Shown piece by piece: positions 29,201 through 41,000 of a DNA stretch of 64,000 nt. Location of the stretch: positions 1,116,001 through 1,180,000 of the forward strand of contig CBFFSA010000002.1 of the NCBI GenBank assembly GCA_965644495.1, in the 5' to 3' direction. Each line of letters starts with the position of its first letter. Position 1 is the stretch's first letter. The position numbers and the translations under genes are program-made. Origin of the DNA: Perkinsela sp. CCAP 1560/9. Lineage: Eukaryota > Protista > Euglenozoa: Kinetoplastea. A model generated the notes under the pieces. That model worked only from the letters and a program-made list of their open reading frames with translations. It was not told where the DNA came from and made no database searches.

Positions 29201-32200
29201 AGAGCTTGAAAAAGAAAACTCGATTCGGTTGCGACCTGTTCAAAGGGAGGATCAGGCGAATCTGCACAGACCAGGTGTATGAACAAGGACAGTGCTTGGT
29301 CCCATGTCGTCTTTAACGCTTCGTCTGCGCCGCGGGAACGGACATGTAAATGTGTTGATCTGTCCTCATGCTTACTACCCGATCTTTCAGACAAATCGTT
29401 GTCCTTTCCACCAAGCGCCTTAGGGTCGGTTTCGGAAAACAGAACACTCCAAATTGTCTCCGCGACACTCCGATGTATTTTCACTTTATCGGCCTCCATC
29501 CAGGAAGTCTTTTTCAACAACTCACAGAGCACATGAAATCGAATGCGGTACATCCCTGCCACCTGCTTCCGTTTTCCCTCTTCCAATAAATTCTGAAGCA
29601 CCCCGAGCGCTCGTTTCGCCACCAGCTCACTCGAGTCCCCGACGGCCTCAAGCACACTCTTCAAAAGCGAGCCATACATTTTCTCCGTGTGCTGTGCAAA
29701 AAAGCGAACACAGAGCGGAAGCAATTGAAGCACGGCTTCTCGAACAATCGCACTGTCATCCCGCAGTGCCCGGAGCAATGAAGGCCAAAGCGTACGAAAC
29801 GCTGAGGAGTCAACCGTGAAATAACTTTTCAGTAACCCGACCACTTTTTTACGAAGTGAAGCCCCGCACCTGGGATGGAGAAATGCACTCAGGAGCGCAT
29901 AGACCAAACGCTGAGTAAAAGAATGGGAGAAAACATTTTGCGTTTGGGCTTTAGTAGTAAAAATTAAATAAAGCACCATCCCTCGTAGCGAATCGAGACG
30001 ACTAGGGGGAGGTAGAAAAGACGAAGAGCTTCGAGAGAAGCTCTTTTTGATTTCGATCGAGATATGAGGCAGACAAAGCCAGAACTCCGGAGGTAACGCT
30101 ATACAGGAGGCCGATCCCCCGCGGTCGAGTGAGTTGCGGAGTTCACGATGCAATACACTGTGGTAAAACTCAGCCGCTGCGGTGTGTTGCGCAAAGTCCA
30201 ATATTTCATTTTTTGTTTCGCTTTCGGAGGCGCGTTTGCGTTCGTTCGTTTCCCACTCGTGTGTGAGGGTGGAGAGAGCCGCGAGGATGGCTGTGGCATT
30301 TTCGGGATTCTCAATTAATTCGGATTGTAGAGATCGGAAGAGTAGACATCTCGCGCGATGAGTCTCTTCGGGGTAGTCCTTGGTAGAGTTTGGGTCCAGG
30401 AGAGGGGTAGTCGGGCCATTTTTCATAACTTTTCCATGTTTCTTTTTTCTTACCGATTTTGTGGACGTTTCAACCAGATCTAGAAGTTTAGTAGGAGTAC
30501 GAAACCAGTCGTCGTAGAGCCGATCAAGAACTTGAGTTAGTGCACTGGACGTGCTTTGTGAGATTTCGATTCCATTCCCCGAGGGATCGACCGTTTTGTG
30601 AAAAGGAACATGAGGGGGTAGAATAGCCTTTTCTTCAAAATATTTGGAATGTATCGTTGACCAACGCAAAATTTGCGTCAGTGTGTGAAGCCCCCAATAT
30701 AAAATTTTGTCACGCTGGGCAGAAGTTAAGTTTTCGAAAGGAACAAAATTCGCTGCACGTTCTTGATGATCCTCTTGCAAGAGTGGACGTACGCAGTGAG
30801 CCAAAATGTAATTGGTTAGATGCATGACGAAGGGAGCAGCGTGAGGATATTGGGGAAGAGTGGCACAAAACAAGGCGTCCTCTAAAAGGTGATCAAACCA
30901 TTTTTGGAGTACTGCGGGATCTTCTTGAACAATACGCTCGGATCGAGCTGGACGTGAAGGTTTAGCCTTACGTGTTTTTCTCTCCTTAAACTCAGGATTT
31001 GCGGCATTGTCGATGGGTTTCACCGCCTCAAGTATACCAAAGGAAGAGAGAACGTGAGTACAAAGCGATTGCGATATTCTTGCCATTGTTTCGTGCAGCC
31101 CTGTGGAGTCAGAGGGCTGTGAGAGGAGAAGCAGTTGAACCAGTGAGCTAAAAATGGTAATATTTTTGCCCTCGATTGGAAGATGCAAGTAATTGTCGAG
31201 ATCAACAGCACGAGTCATACTATTTAAAACCTGATAGCGAAGAAAATCGCAAAGATCAGATGTTGTGCCCTCTTGCAATCGCGCAGATACTTCACAGGCC
31301 ATAGTCGTGCTATTGTAAATCATTACGCGTGGTATACATAAGCTATGTAGCAAAGCTACCGCTGGACTCACATGCGACGTGATGCTGTTGATCGGTATAC
31401 ATAACGTTTGAAGGGCAAAATTAGCCAACTGCTCTCTCCTTTCAATTTCTTGGAGCAACGGACAGCGTGTCCAACGTAAGACACGAATAAAGTTACGAAA
31501 AATGGTAGAGAGGACGTCCGACAAGCAACCAAGAAAGTTTTTGAGGGAACCATCATTCTTCTCAGGAGGACAGTTCCGCTCTTTCGCCTTTCTGCGATTT
31601 GTGGTTTGAACAGGAAACACGTCGCAAGCCACTTCACGTGCAAGTTTTGTGAAGCCTCGTACAACGCTGCTAAGAAGGTTCATCACAGAATCCAATAGCT
31701 CCAAAGACATGGATAAGGCATGAAAGTCATGGAGAGAGACATATTGGTCGCTGGATAGCTCCTTTAAATCTTTTTGAGGGTTTTCAAAAGTAGGCGCTTT
31801 GCGATCAAACGTTTCCATGGGTACTGTCCATAGTGCACTTAGGACGCCGATACGAAAAGCATTGAGCAGATGTGCTATCCATTCTTCGAACCCATTTTTT
31901 GAGGATGAGTGTAACGTTACTAAATTTGTGCATTGTGTGAATGCATTTATCGATTTGATGGCGTTTTTTGAGAAATTTAAGACATTGACCTGATTTTCTC
32001 TCGATGAGGGACATGCAAAGAGAGATAATACTTCATGCGATCTTTCGAAAGTGAGACCATTTACTCGATCTCTAGTTTTTTCTGAGACATAAAGGAAACA
32101 CTCAAGTGTGGTGCGAAGAGGATACTTGTCCTTGTACAGGTCGGTGAAGACAGCCAGCCACGTCCTCCAAGATCCCAAGTCATTGCATAAAAAATCGACA

Positions 32201-33624
32201 GCAGGCACAGTCTCGCACAATTCCTTCACTGGATCAAATATTTTCTCAGGTTTCCGCGCCGGACGCTGTCTCTTCGCACTCAGTTCAGACTTTATTTTTT
32301 CCTTTGTCTTTTGCTCTCTAATTTGCAAACTCAAGTCAGACACACAAGAATCCGTAGCCGCAAGCATAGTTTCCGAAACCGCGTCAGTTTTCGAAACCAT
32401 GCCACGCGCGGTGTCCTCTTTCTGGGCACATTTTGCCCTCGTACGTGAACCTACTCCCTCCCCACGTAAAACATTTTTCTGAACCAACGATACTCTAGAT
32501 TCGGTCACCAGATCCAATTTTTCGTCCTTTAAAGTCAAATCACATTTTCGAATCCCCTGGGATTGTTTTTCTCTTTCTGCAGTCGAAATTGTTTGCGCAA
32601 TCTCTTCCTCTTTAAGCTCTGGTGGACTTTGCGTCGCCTCCATACTTGAGTCCACTCTTCCCATATTTAAAAACGCCCCACCTTCTTTTTTCTTCGATAA
32701 CGACACCGAAGAAGAGCTTGCAACGTCCTCGGGCAGTGACATGTCAACCTTCCCGGCCAGTACCGAAATGTTTCCTAACTGCGAGACCGTTTCTCGGCTC
32801 CTCATTTGAAGAGGAACCGGCTGGGCGGATGCCAGACGCTCACGGGTTTTCGCAGAGCCGACAACGGACGAAGCCTTTTCCTTTTCTTTATTCTCATTTA
32901 TGATTCCCGGGTTTGCGAGCTGCACGACTTGCCGGGCCATCCGACTGATCAGCGAGTCCTCATTCAGCCACGCAGCGCCTTCAGGGTTCAGTGACTCCTC
33001 TCGAAACGGGGCCTCGGAGTTCAGCTGCAGATGCGTAATACAGGACTGCTTGTAGGATTGGAGAATACGATCCGAGAGGTCGGGCTCGGAGGGAAGCGAC
33101 CCGTCACACTCTCGTGGTAGCCAGTTGGTAACTCGTGGGGTATCGGTCTCAGGAAACACATCGGGCTCTGTACTTGTATTAACATTCAAGTTTGCGTGTT
33201 TGGCGTCTGTTCCAGAGTACGGCAGATTATCTTTTGCAAAGGAAGATTCATTTTTTTCGTGTTGCAGAGATGACTCAACTTTGACTCTTGTTGTTTCCTC
33301 GTTCTCAAATGGTTGTTCTTCCTGTAATCCAAAAAAAGTATCGTACAACCCCGGGGCGAGTATTTCACGTAAGTTTGGGGGGTGAAGGACACGGCCTTTA
33401 GTCGCCTCTGGGCTTTCACTGTCTTCGTAACTTTGTACACGTGGGGAACTCGAAAAGAGAAAACGATCCGGAAATTCAAAGCAAGGAAGCGGGAGAGCCT
33501 CGAGTAGGGAGGGTGAGATATCAATAAGGTTGTGAAAGCAAAAAGGGGGAGGCAGCCGCAGAGAGGAGTCGGGGGTCGGGGAAGAAGATTCGACAGGGGA
33601 AGATGTAGGGTCTGGGGTTTCCAT
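26299..33624 (-). CDS. SCC2: Cohesin loader subunit SCC2 / Nipped-B-like
   Basis: HEAT motif LRKKVV...VDSS...DDSAIVREAVLQLL. The C-terminal LAFLPY...EEVMFVL and LLLSMKRFLRKEYRF...KLSKY match the Nipped-B C-terminal pattern. Confidence 0.8.
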   Translation of the reverse strand: METPDPTSSPVESSSPTPDSSLRLPPPFCFHNLIDISPSLLEALPLPCFEFPDRFLFSSSPRVQSYEDSESPEATKGRVLHPPNLREILAPGLYDTFFGLQEEQPFENEETTRVKVESSLQHEKNESSFAKDNLPYSGTDAKHANLNVNTSTEPDVFPETDTPRVTNWLPRECDGSLPSEPDLSDRILQSYKQSCITHLQLNSEAPFREESLNPEGAAWLNEDSLISRMARQVVQLANPGIINENKEKEKASSVVGSAKTRERLASAQPVPLQMRSRETVSQLGNISVLAGKVDMSLPEDVASSSSVSLSKKKEGGAFLNMGRVDSSMEATQSPPELKEEEIAQTISTAEREKQSQGIRKCDLTLKDEKLDLVTESRVSLVQKNVLRGEGVGSRTRAKCAQKEDTARGMVSKTDAVSETMLAATDSCVSDLSLQIREQKTKEKIKSELSAKRQRPARKPEKIFDPVKELCETVPAVDFLCNDLGSWRTWLAVFTDLYKDKYPLRTTLECFLYVSEKTRDRVNGLTFERSHEVLSLFACPSSRENQVNVLNFSKNAIKSINAFTQCTNLVTLHSSSKNGFEEWIAHLLNAFRIGVLSALWTVPMETFDRKAPTFENPQKDLKELSSDQYVSLHDFHALSMSLELLDSVMNLLSSVVRGFTKLAREVACDVFPVQTTNRRKAKERNCPPEKNDGSLKNFLGCLSDVLSTIFRNFIRVLRWTRCPLLQEIERREQLANFALQTLCIPINSITSHVSPAVALLHSLCIPRVMIYNSTTMACEVSARLQEGTTSDLCDFLRYQVLNSMTRAVDLDNYLHLPIEGKNITIFSSLVQLLLLSQPSDSTGLHETMARISQSLCTHVLSSFGILEAVKPIDNAANPEFKERKTRKAKPSRPARSERIVQEDPAVLQKWFDHLLEDALFCATLPQYPHAAPFVMHLTNYILAHCVRPLLQEDHQERAANFVPFENLTSAQRDKILYWGLHTLTQILRWSTIHSKYFEEKAILPPHVPFHKTVDPSGNGIEISQSTSSALTQVLDRLYDDWFRTPTKLLDLVETSTKSVRKKKHGKVMKNGPTTPLLDPNSTKDYPEETHRARCLLFRSLQSELIENPENATAILAALSTLTHEWETNERKRASESETKNEILDFAQHTAAAEFYHSVLHRELRNSLDRGGSASCIALPPEFWLCLPHISIEIKKSFSRSSSSFLPPPSRLDSLRGMVLYLIFTTKAQTQNVFSHSFTQRLVYALLSAFLHPRCGASLRKKVVGLLKSYFTVDSSAFRTLWPSLLRALRDDSAIVREAVLQLLPLCVRFFAQHTEKMYGSLLKSVLEAVGDSSELVAKRALGVLQNLLEEGKRKQVAGMYRIRFHVLCELLKKTSWMEADKVKIHRSVAETIWSVLFSETDPKALGGKDNDLSERSGSKHEDRSTHLHVRSRGADEALKTTWDQALSLFIHLVCADSPDPPFEQVATESSFLFQALACILGEESETSLVSNYTSEDKDTSTNKQNTRTQAKSATVRQSREHHVQQLVTRLLALLRDLHNPTPTMTSHPNLLPSTCPKGSLMASLHLLLTLVPHALKPAHFSSLCSYLSCTEKNSATSPQASRPSTDEVVVFIHTCGAVKAVITSLKVRRLDSTKSSLQNHASLNRWESLSTLVYNPLSRVLSRHVGDFPQRVLIQCIDTLCGLLPSETLYASVDSSTMAERLEKGYLPALQAVYGIYNQYYVRLSTVSQKWTQASVQSTNHKSTGSNSLPDGTDHNVAFVLRFLFILSQFLRRFPPCFSSLKPSLLSRDSDNASLCRGAGIYHNLYTLFRTLMSHVEANENNAKGKLLPVLLRAFGSLCIARPVDYLPLCETVLRQSLSLESTHETLSPEERTALQRQALWFIHDFLIEEEKCIEAAVRNEIRRDREKQQQNQNQKINQTNNPQKIPSSPQTPKETHNPKTQTSRTATTPFLPPLSPNPPESPLPRRSSQPDRSSGMTLWLIQRFHPEIVALCVSPLSPSPLRALALRLLLTVLRQSVVAPHWFLPPLLLAGSESAEAVRAWQGLWENDAASVVSQAPGVVLASYGYWRHSQEGQGGVDGSERAEVTGYCMYEEGSSGERVAPRSRHAALYGALRKGQRRREGFLRSVVHGLGGEKMLGVLFSGKERKEMGMEEVLEFARAQSVVTQTLAFLPYRVEEEVMFVLECCTSEVTLLDPEDLQVQLQVPKKRKTGRKPALRGKRSRGSVSDSEPDGDELQLAMEQVRHSVTALLLLSMKRFLRKEYRFTAHKLSKYANGQGTPRVALCVRDPGIPPRSPVSVFLQEMKAIQEVIRTSITNTFRVGNRLEKRIESGLTSDGLLREQTSICLDDIRQAFVPLLQSALEKDITIAFSTSYVSPEANSEHEGMSPEQRNQRNHRSIPNRKRSVQNRRIGNNQKKEIESTDTSSASESISFLDSDSSEDC

Positions 33625-33815
33625 GGCTAGGTTGGGGGCAAAAATTGATACAATGTACTAGAGATGATCACAAGAACAACGTAAAATGAAGGAAAAAAGT
33701 TTTCCTGTTGCCTTGATTGTTTTCCAAGGTAAAAGATATTGTATACTGGATTTAAATCCATTCTTTGGTTTGAATGGATAATTCAATTATTCAAACTACA
33801 ATTATTTTTAGGACC

Positions 33816-34571
33816 CTATTCCGCTTCGAACGCATCCATACGATATGTTGAGATGGGCAAATCCGACGGAGAGATCGCCGTCCCGGTGCGTATCATCGCC
33901 TTCACGCGGTTAATCAACAGTCTGCGATTACTCCAGAACTGGTCCTGGGTCCGCTTGTAGTGCACGTAACGATTCTCCGCCTCCGCATCCAGAATCTTCT
34001 TCGACATCCCCGCAAAACTTCGATGGATATTAATCCACTTCGAGCGGTGATCTCGCAACAGCTTACTCTCCTCGTAGTCTACATAGTAGTAAGGCTCATC
34101 ATAATTGGAGCGCATCCCCGAGGGGGTGCCATGTCTCCATTTCATATGGGCCAACAAACACTGGTACCGTATGGAGTGAAGCGTCCAGTAGTTCGTCCAC
34201 CACCGGTCCACAATGCCGTGGCTCTCGGCTTTAATCCGCTGCGGGGGTCGTCGAATCTCACTCACATGAAAATGAGCCGGGATGGTGTCCAGAATCTCCG
34301 CGAGCGCCTCGCGGCTGTAGCGCAGGTGGAGCAGCGTTCGCTTTCCTTTGGTCCAGCGGGAGAACACGGAGGGCCAGCAGGAGAGGAAATTGGTCTCGCG
34401 GTAGACCGGGCGGAAGGGGTTGCGTTTCCAGTCGCGTGGGTTGATCCAGTGTCGCTGGTTAAGGTTCCAGTGCCCGGGAAACATGTAGGGGATAAATTTA
34501 AGGGGGGAGGAGCGCGGGGGGTCCTGCATCCGGGGGGTGGAGGCGAGATGGAGAGGGGAGCGAAGCAGCAT
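33816..34571 (-). CDS. Probable kinetoplastid-specific mitoribosomal protein
   Basis: MLLRS-type presequence. RPPQRI...NYWTLHS.RYQC...NYDEP...FWSNR..L.NRVK is recalled from a trypanosomatid mitoribosome subunit, but the exact subunit is uncertain. Confidence 0.6.
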   Translation of the reverse strand: MLLRSPLHLASTPRMQDPPRSSPLKFIPYMFPGHWNLNQRHWINPRDWKRNPFRPVYRETNFLSCWPSVFSRWTKGKRTLLHLRYSREALAEILDTIPAHFHVSEIRRPPQRIKAESHGIVDRWWTNYWTLHSIRYQCLLAHMKWRHGTPSGMRSNYDEPYYYVDYEESKLLRDHRSKWINIHRSFAGMSKKILDAEAENRYVHYKRTQDQFWSNRRLLINRVKAMIRTGTAISPSDLPISTYRMDAFEAE

Positions 34572-35045
34572 GGGGGCGTGGGGAGAGGTGGGAGGAGAAA
34601 GGGGAGTAAAGAGAAAGAGAGTTTGGAAAATGAAGAAAATTAAAAAAATATAGGCAGTAGGCGAGGAAATAGGAGTAACACGAGAAATGCTTTAAGCAAG
34701 AAGAAATAATTTGTTTTATTTTGCGTAATCTTTTTGAAAGATAAAAAATAAAGAGATAAAAAAGGGGAATAGGGGAAGAGAAAAATTATTTCCTCCCATT
34801 TTTTTGGGGTATCTTCGGGGGTTTCACGCGTTTTAAGCAGAACTGAAGACATTGTTTCATGTCTGTAAAGAGAAAAAGATAAATGATCTTTGATGGCGTA
34901 TTCGTACGAGAAACACAACAAACAATTTGGCACACAAAATTTAGAATATAGAGACTATGCACCGTTTTTCACATCCTGGTGTACTCTGCCCGTTCGCACT
35001 CATTGTAACTTCGACAGAATAGCACTTTTTTCAAGGATTTTGACC

Positions 35046-38000
35046 TTATTCGGTAGATTCATTCTGAGCACGAGACCAATTCTCCAAAATAGACACCAAT
35101 GAGGGATCAGCTGTTCTGCCTTGCTGCGAAAACGTCGGCGACCACCCACTCTCCTCTAGCTCCCCCAGGGAGAGAGAAGGCTCGAAGTGCTCAAACGCAC
35201 CTGACTCCGGTTGGACCGAACCCTTTCCCAGCTCTCTTATTCCTTTCCCATTTTGGTTGTTTTGGTCTTGTTGAAGCGTTGCCATTTTAAGCGCAGAAAG
35301 CACCTTGGAGGCATCACGTGCGGCATCCACATATTCAGACGGATTCAATTCCTCCCCAGCATTTAATAGCTCATCCTGCTCACTATTTTCTTCCGTAGGA
35401 AAGGAAATGGAAAAGGGATCTAGAGTGGTTGGAGACGCACCCGATCCCACATAAGAGCCAGGAGAAGAGGAGTATCCTAACATAAAGTTTTCCTCAAATG
35501 TATTTCCAGAGGGAGGCTGACGCTGAAAGTGCTCAAACGCCCCTGGGAGAGAACCTCCTCGTATCTGAGAGCTATCCCTTAAGGGTCTTCCCATCCCTTG
35601 GGTAAAATGAGAAGAATTCGAACCCAAGGCCTCTGTAGAATAGGGTACAAAATTTACCCCTTGCTCTGCTTCACCTAGTGGGTGAGAATCCCAACCTGGA
35701 TGTACACTTTGTTTTTCCAAAAAAGGCATCCCTGTTCCCGTTACCTCGGGAATGAAACCCCCTTTCATTTTAGGTAACGACCCCACCCGTCCTGCACGGT
35801 TTTCTTTTTTCCCTACAGAGGAGGCAACAGGGGCATAGGACGACCCCAGGGGATTGTATACATTTCCCAACCCGACCTCAGGGGTCATGGGAAAGGACAG
35901 GAAGGTCTCTTTCGAGAGATGGACCCCCGAGAGCCTTTGTCTTATCTTATTTTTCCCCTTTGCATGGTTCAACTGTGGTTCAGGGAGAGCCGGCCTCCCT
36001 GAAGAAGAGAACCCGCTCTCTCCCCATGCCGCGGGATAATCCTTCACTCCTTGAGGACTTGTCGGGTTCGACCCCCCCGGTGTCGAGGGGATTAAGGGTG
36101 TTTGAAGAGTTAAACCTTCATAAAAATGCGGAGAGCTTTCATGAAACATTGGAGAAGCTTCATGCATTTCCCTCCGATGACCCAAAGGGAGGGTAGCCCC
36201 ATGGGGGTGGGGGAGAGGAAAAGGAAAAGCCACTGACGACATCGTTGTCGTCGTTGCCGTTGTCGTCGTAGGGGGAGGTCCCATGGGATGGGGTAGCGCC
36301 ATGGGATTCATTAGCGTTTCCCATTTTCGTTCCTTCCTTCCACTTTCCCCTTTCTCCCAACCCCCCCTCGTGGGTAAAACGTGGGTATAGGCGTTGGGTG
36401 GCACCGGGGGTGGTTGGAGAGGGGGAAGGGGTCCATGCCCTGGAGGGCCGTGAGGCCCCATGGGGCCCGGGAAGGCTGGGGTCATGGGAAAGGGGGAAGG
36501 GAGGGTACTGCTGCTACTACTCTCATGAGGAGGGTAGAGGGGGGGAGGGGGGAAGGTACCGGTTTGTGGTGGTGGTGGTGGTGGCAGTGGCAACTCCATG
36601 GGTTGCTGCTGCTGTTGTTGTTGTTGGGGTAAGGAAGGCGTTGTATTTGCATTTGGTATACGATACATATTTGTTGTTGTTGAGGCAGGAATCCCTTGAG
36701 GATAAACCCGTTCAGAAGGAATCCCTTGAGAAGGAACCCGTTCAGAAGGAATCCCTTGAGGATAAACCCGTTCAGAAGGAATCCCTTGAGAAGGAACCCG
36801 TTCAGAAGGAACCGCTTGAGGAGGAACCCGTTCGGAAGGAACCCCTTGAGGAGGAGCCCGTTCAGAAGGAACCCTTTGAGGAGAAGCTCTTTGAGAAAGA
36901 ACCCCTTGAGGGGAAGGAATCCCTTGGTAAGGGAGATGGCTCCTTGCTCCATAGGGGGTAGGGGGTGGAAAGGGAAGGAAGGGTAGGGTGGAGGAGGAGG
37001 GGTGAGGTAACGAAGGATCAGGGAAGGGCAAAGCTTGGGAGGGATAGGGGAGGGAAGGGGGTAGTGGGGGTCGTTGTGGAGAGGAACGTGTGGAGGGATG
37101 AGGGGAAATGTGGGGTGGAGCGTAGGGCGGGGGTTCGTGGGTAGAAGAACAGCTGGGGAAGGGTAAACTTTGGGAAGGATGTATTGTCAGGGGAGGAGCT
37201 ACCGGAGGGAAGGGGGGAGGAAGAGCCCCGGGAGGAGTTTTGTGAAGAGCAGAAGGACTCAAGGTTGTGTGCGGAGTGACATGAGGAGAGTGGAATGTGG
37301 AGGTAGGGAGGACGTCTCGGAGCGGTGGGTCGTCTTTGGCAATGTTGTCAGGGAGGCCGGAACTGTGCAGTAGTGATTCTGCCTCGAGAGACAAACCGTT
37401 TTTTTCGTCACCCCCTGGAGAGGTCAAAGGCTTTTTCGACGTTTCTGAGTGACGCAATTCGCGAGTTTCCCCAGTTTTTATCCCTCTTTTGGACTTGTTT
37501 GACGAACGAGACAACGATGGTGGGGTGGATGGGACAGGAGAGCGAGGAGATTTGGAACGACTGTAAGATAATGTAGATGAATCATCCTGCTTTTCGATTG
37601 TTGTATCGTGTAGTGCTTTTCCGGTTGATGCGTTCAGTAGTTGGGGTTCCGCACGCTTAGATTCCTTGGTTTTCGTTTCCCCTGTAGCACTTTCTTTTTG
37701 AGCTCTCACATGTGAGATAGAATTTTCCAAGTCGCGTAATGTAACGGAATAATCATCCAAAATGGCCTGCTTACGAGCTACTTTTGAGCGCATTAGTTTT
37801 AGCTTTTGACGGGTTTGACGCTCTTGAGAGACGATATCTGTAATTTTTCTCTCTGTGGTACTTTTCTCTGAGAGAAGTTGCGACAAGTCTTCGGTAAGCT
37901 TTGCGGTTTCAGCACGGACGGCGCTTGTAGCTTCTTGAATTTCCTTGATTTCACATGACAAAGATTTGTCCCCATAATCATTAAATGACACTAAAATTTG

Positions 38001-41000
38001 TTTGGTCGCAGGCTCAGGACTTGATTGCTGAAAAGTGGATGCTTTGGATGCCCTCTTAGATTTCACGGTATTTTCTTTTGTAATGCCCAAAGATTTCTTC
38101 TCCGCATCATACAATTTTTGACGCGCCTCTTCCTCATCCTTCGAAAAAGATTTACGTTCCTTTTCCTGGTCTCGGTACAATTTGCTACGCAACGCTTTAA
38201 AATGCCTTGTAGTTTTCTTTTTCCATTCTTTCTCCTTTCCTGCAAGTTCCTCTTCGACTAGCTCAAGCAAAGAGGCATTGGCCTGTGCCGTTTGGAGAAG
38301 TTCGCTTGTGGAGGACTCGTTGGTAAAAGAGGGCGTCGCTTCTCCCGTGAATCGAATGGACACCGAGTTGGACGTAAATTTCGATTTCGAAAAATCCACA
38401 GAACGCCGGGTTATATTTGTTGTTGTCTTCGTAACCAGATCATTTTCCGGACCTGATTTGGCATCTAGTGTGGGACTTCCCAAAACGGATTTTGACACAA
38501 CATCCTTGATAAACACATCCTCATGACTCGTGTAGTCAAGTGCTTCTTTTGGAGCCAAAGTCGTGCGTCCCACATTAATGGCGGATTGCTGAGATGCAGT
38601 CGTTAGCTTAGGCGCGAGATCGGGATGAACCGTTGAATTTAAGGAGGGAGAAGGCACAGGGTCGTCTAAAATCATTAGAGCGATGTCCACAAGAATAGAA
38701 TCCGTTTCCGAATCCCAAAAACCCCCGACAGGATCAAATAACTTTTCCAAACTCACCACATTGTTAAATCCCCAGTCATTCTCCGCGGAATTGGACTGGA
38801 ACCTCTGACATCCCTCGTTGCGAATACTCTCTCCTTCATTCACGTGCAGCAACGTAAGGATAAACTTACAGTGGACGTTTCCTGTCTGACAGAGATACAG
38901 CGCGAGGTGATCCTTGTGCTGCATCGCGAGCAGGCTCCATGGGACCCCACCGTACTGAAAATCCGGGCTGTAGTGCCGGTAGGGGTTCTTCCGCAACGAG
39001 CTCACGCGGGAGAGGCGAAAGCACACTCGTCCGGTGTGAAACACACTGGCAGCGTGCTCGAGAAAAAAACCGACCCCTCGTTTTCGTCGGCGTGAGGCTA
39101 GACGCTCCTTCTTGTGCCGGACACGTTCTCCAGGGACCACAGACCACACCACAAACTCGACTTGTTTATCCACTGAGAGGTTGCTGGGGTCCTCGCCGTT
39201 CTGCGGAGCGAATGCCCTGGTCGAGCTTTGAGACGACGTGTCCGTTGTTGCGTATTTATTTTTGCAATAGGCGGCAATTTCTGTAACCACCTTTTTAAGA
39301 AGACGGGGGCGCAGGGAACCGAGACCGGCGCGGAGTCCCGAGACGACTGTACGCTCGTACAAGTCTTGTGTATTTGCGTTGGTGTGAATATCTTGAGAGA
39401 GCAGCAAGGCGAGGGCAATTCCTTTGCGAATCTCCGGATACTCCTCCATGGTGGGGATAAAATCGCTTTCGAGACGACTCGCGAGACAGGATTTCGTGCC
39501 TTTCGGTCGTAACAACGGCTCCAGCAGGCGTTGCTTCTCCATCGCATGTATTACTTTTTCGACCCCGAGGCGAAATATGAGCTGTGCGACTGTGGCACTG
39601 GGGGATTTCTTTTGTTGTTGCTGCTGTGCCTTTGTCGGGTGAGGTCGAAGTACTTCAAGCACTTTCCTCAGCGTTTCACTGGAAAGCGCTTCCATCACAG
39701 ATCGCCAGTCTGGCTCAATAACGTCCGGGAGAGGTGCTGCTTTGTTCAGCTGTGCGGCAGCTTCACCTTTTGTGTCGGTTTTTTCACTGGTGCCCGTTGT
39801 TTGCGTCTCAATACTCCCACTGGAGTGTCCAGATTTATGGTCTTCCGATTGAAGTCGCTCTTCCTCCTCCGTAAGAGTGCCATTGGACCCAGTCTCTTCA
39901 TCCTCCTCCGGAGTATGCTTCCCACGTAAACTGCGACGCGCACGACCCTCCGCCAAAGGGTCCTGTGTGTGGTCCGCTAAACAAGGAGGTGGGAATGGAC
40001 CCCTTGCTGCTCGCACCATTCCATGTTCGTCCCGCACTTTCTTTGTCGCAAACATGCGGTAATCTTCCTGCTTTTTACGCCCATACTCTTCGTTTGCTTT
40101 CTGCAGCGCGGCATCGGCGGAGGAAGAGGTTGGATCATTTATCTTGGTATCTTTTATCCTTGATATCTGTGCCTTTTTGTCAATAACTGAGCCCTCCTTG
40201 GCATTAGTAGAGCTCCTGTTTTCTGCGTCATCCTGGTCGTCGTCTGTATCGAGATCTCTAGCGTCGAACCGCGTTGCGGTTTTTAGAACTCGGGAAGGGG
40301 CTAGTGACAAGAAATCTTTCGGAAGCGCATCCACAAAATCCTCAAAACATGGCCGACGGAATCTTTGGGAGATTTGAGCCAGACTCTTTTCCAGTGGCGT
40401 AGGCACACATTTTGCTGTGTTGTCCCTGGTATAATCCACCCGGGAAGCACTCACGGCATGACTCCCGATGGGTAACATCTCCGATGGCAAAAAGTCCTCT
40501 GCCTTTCCCTTCGAGAGCGTTCGGAAAGGTTTTCCCACCCCTTCACCTGGATCCCCCGCTAAATGCTCCACGCCACACACCACTCGATCCCGCGTCATCG
40601 CCTCCAGCAACTTTAACGTTTCCTCCATGTTGCCCTCTGCGAGATAATGCTGCAGTAAGTCACGTTCCGTGGGCCGCATCGCATTTAAATACCCCGCGTG
40701 TTCTTCACCATTCAACACGGCGCGACCTCCATCTTCCACTACCCCCGCCTTTATCCCCCCGTTTCCTTCCTCTTCCCCATGCAACAAAACCGACGAAACT
40801 CCCGGACCCGAGGACACTCTCCCCCGGGCACTCTCCCACTGCACTTTCCGTTCCACTACCTTCGGGTCCCGTAACGCCGCACGATCTGCGGAAGCCCCAC
40901 GGATCGGCGTTGGTTCCTTCCTCCCCTCTTTCCTCTGCTGCCCCTCCTGCTGCACTCCCTGCTCCCTCTCCCTTGCTCCTGCCACCATTGCGGCTACCCC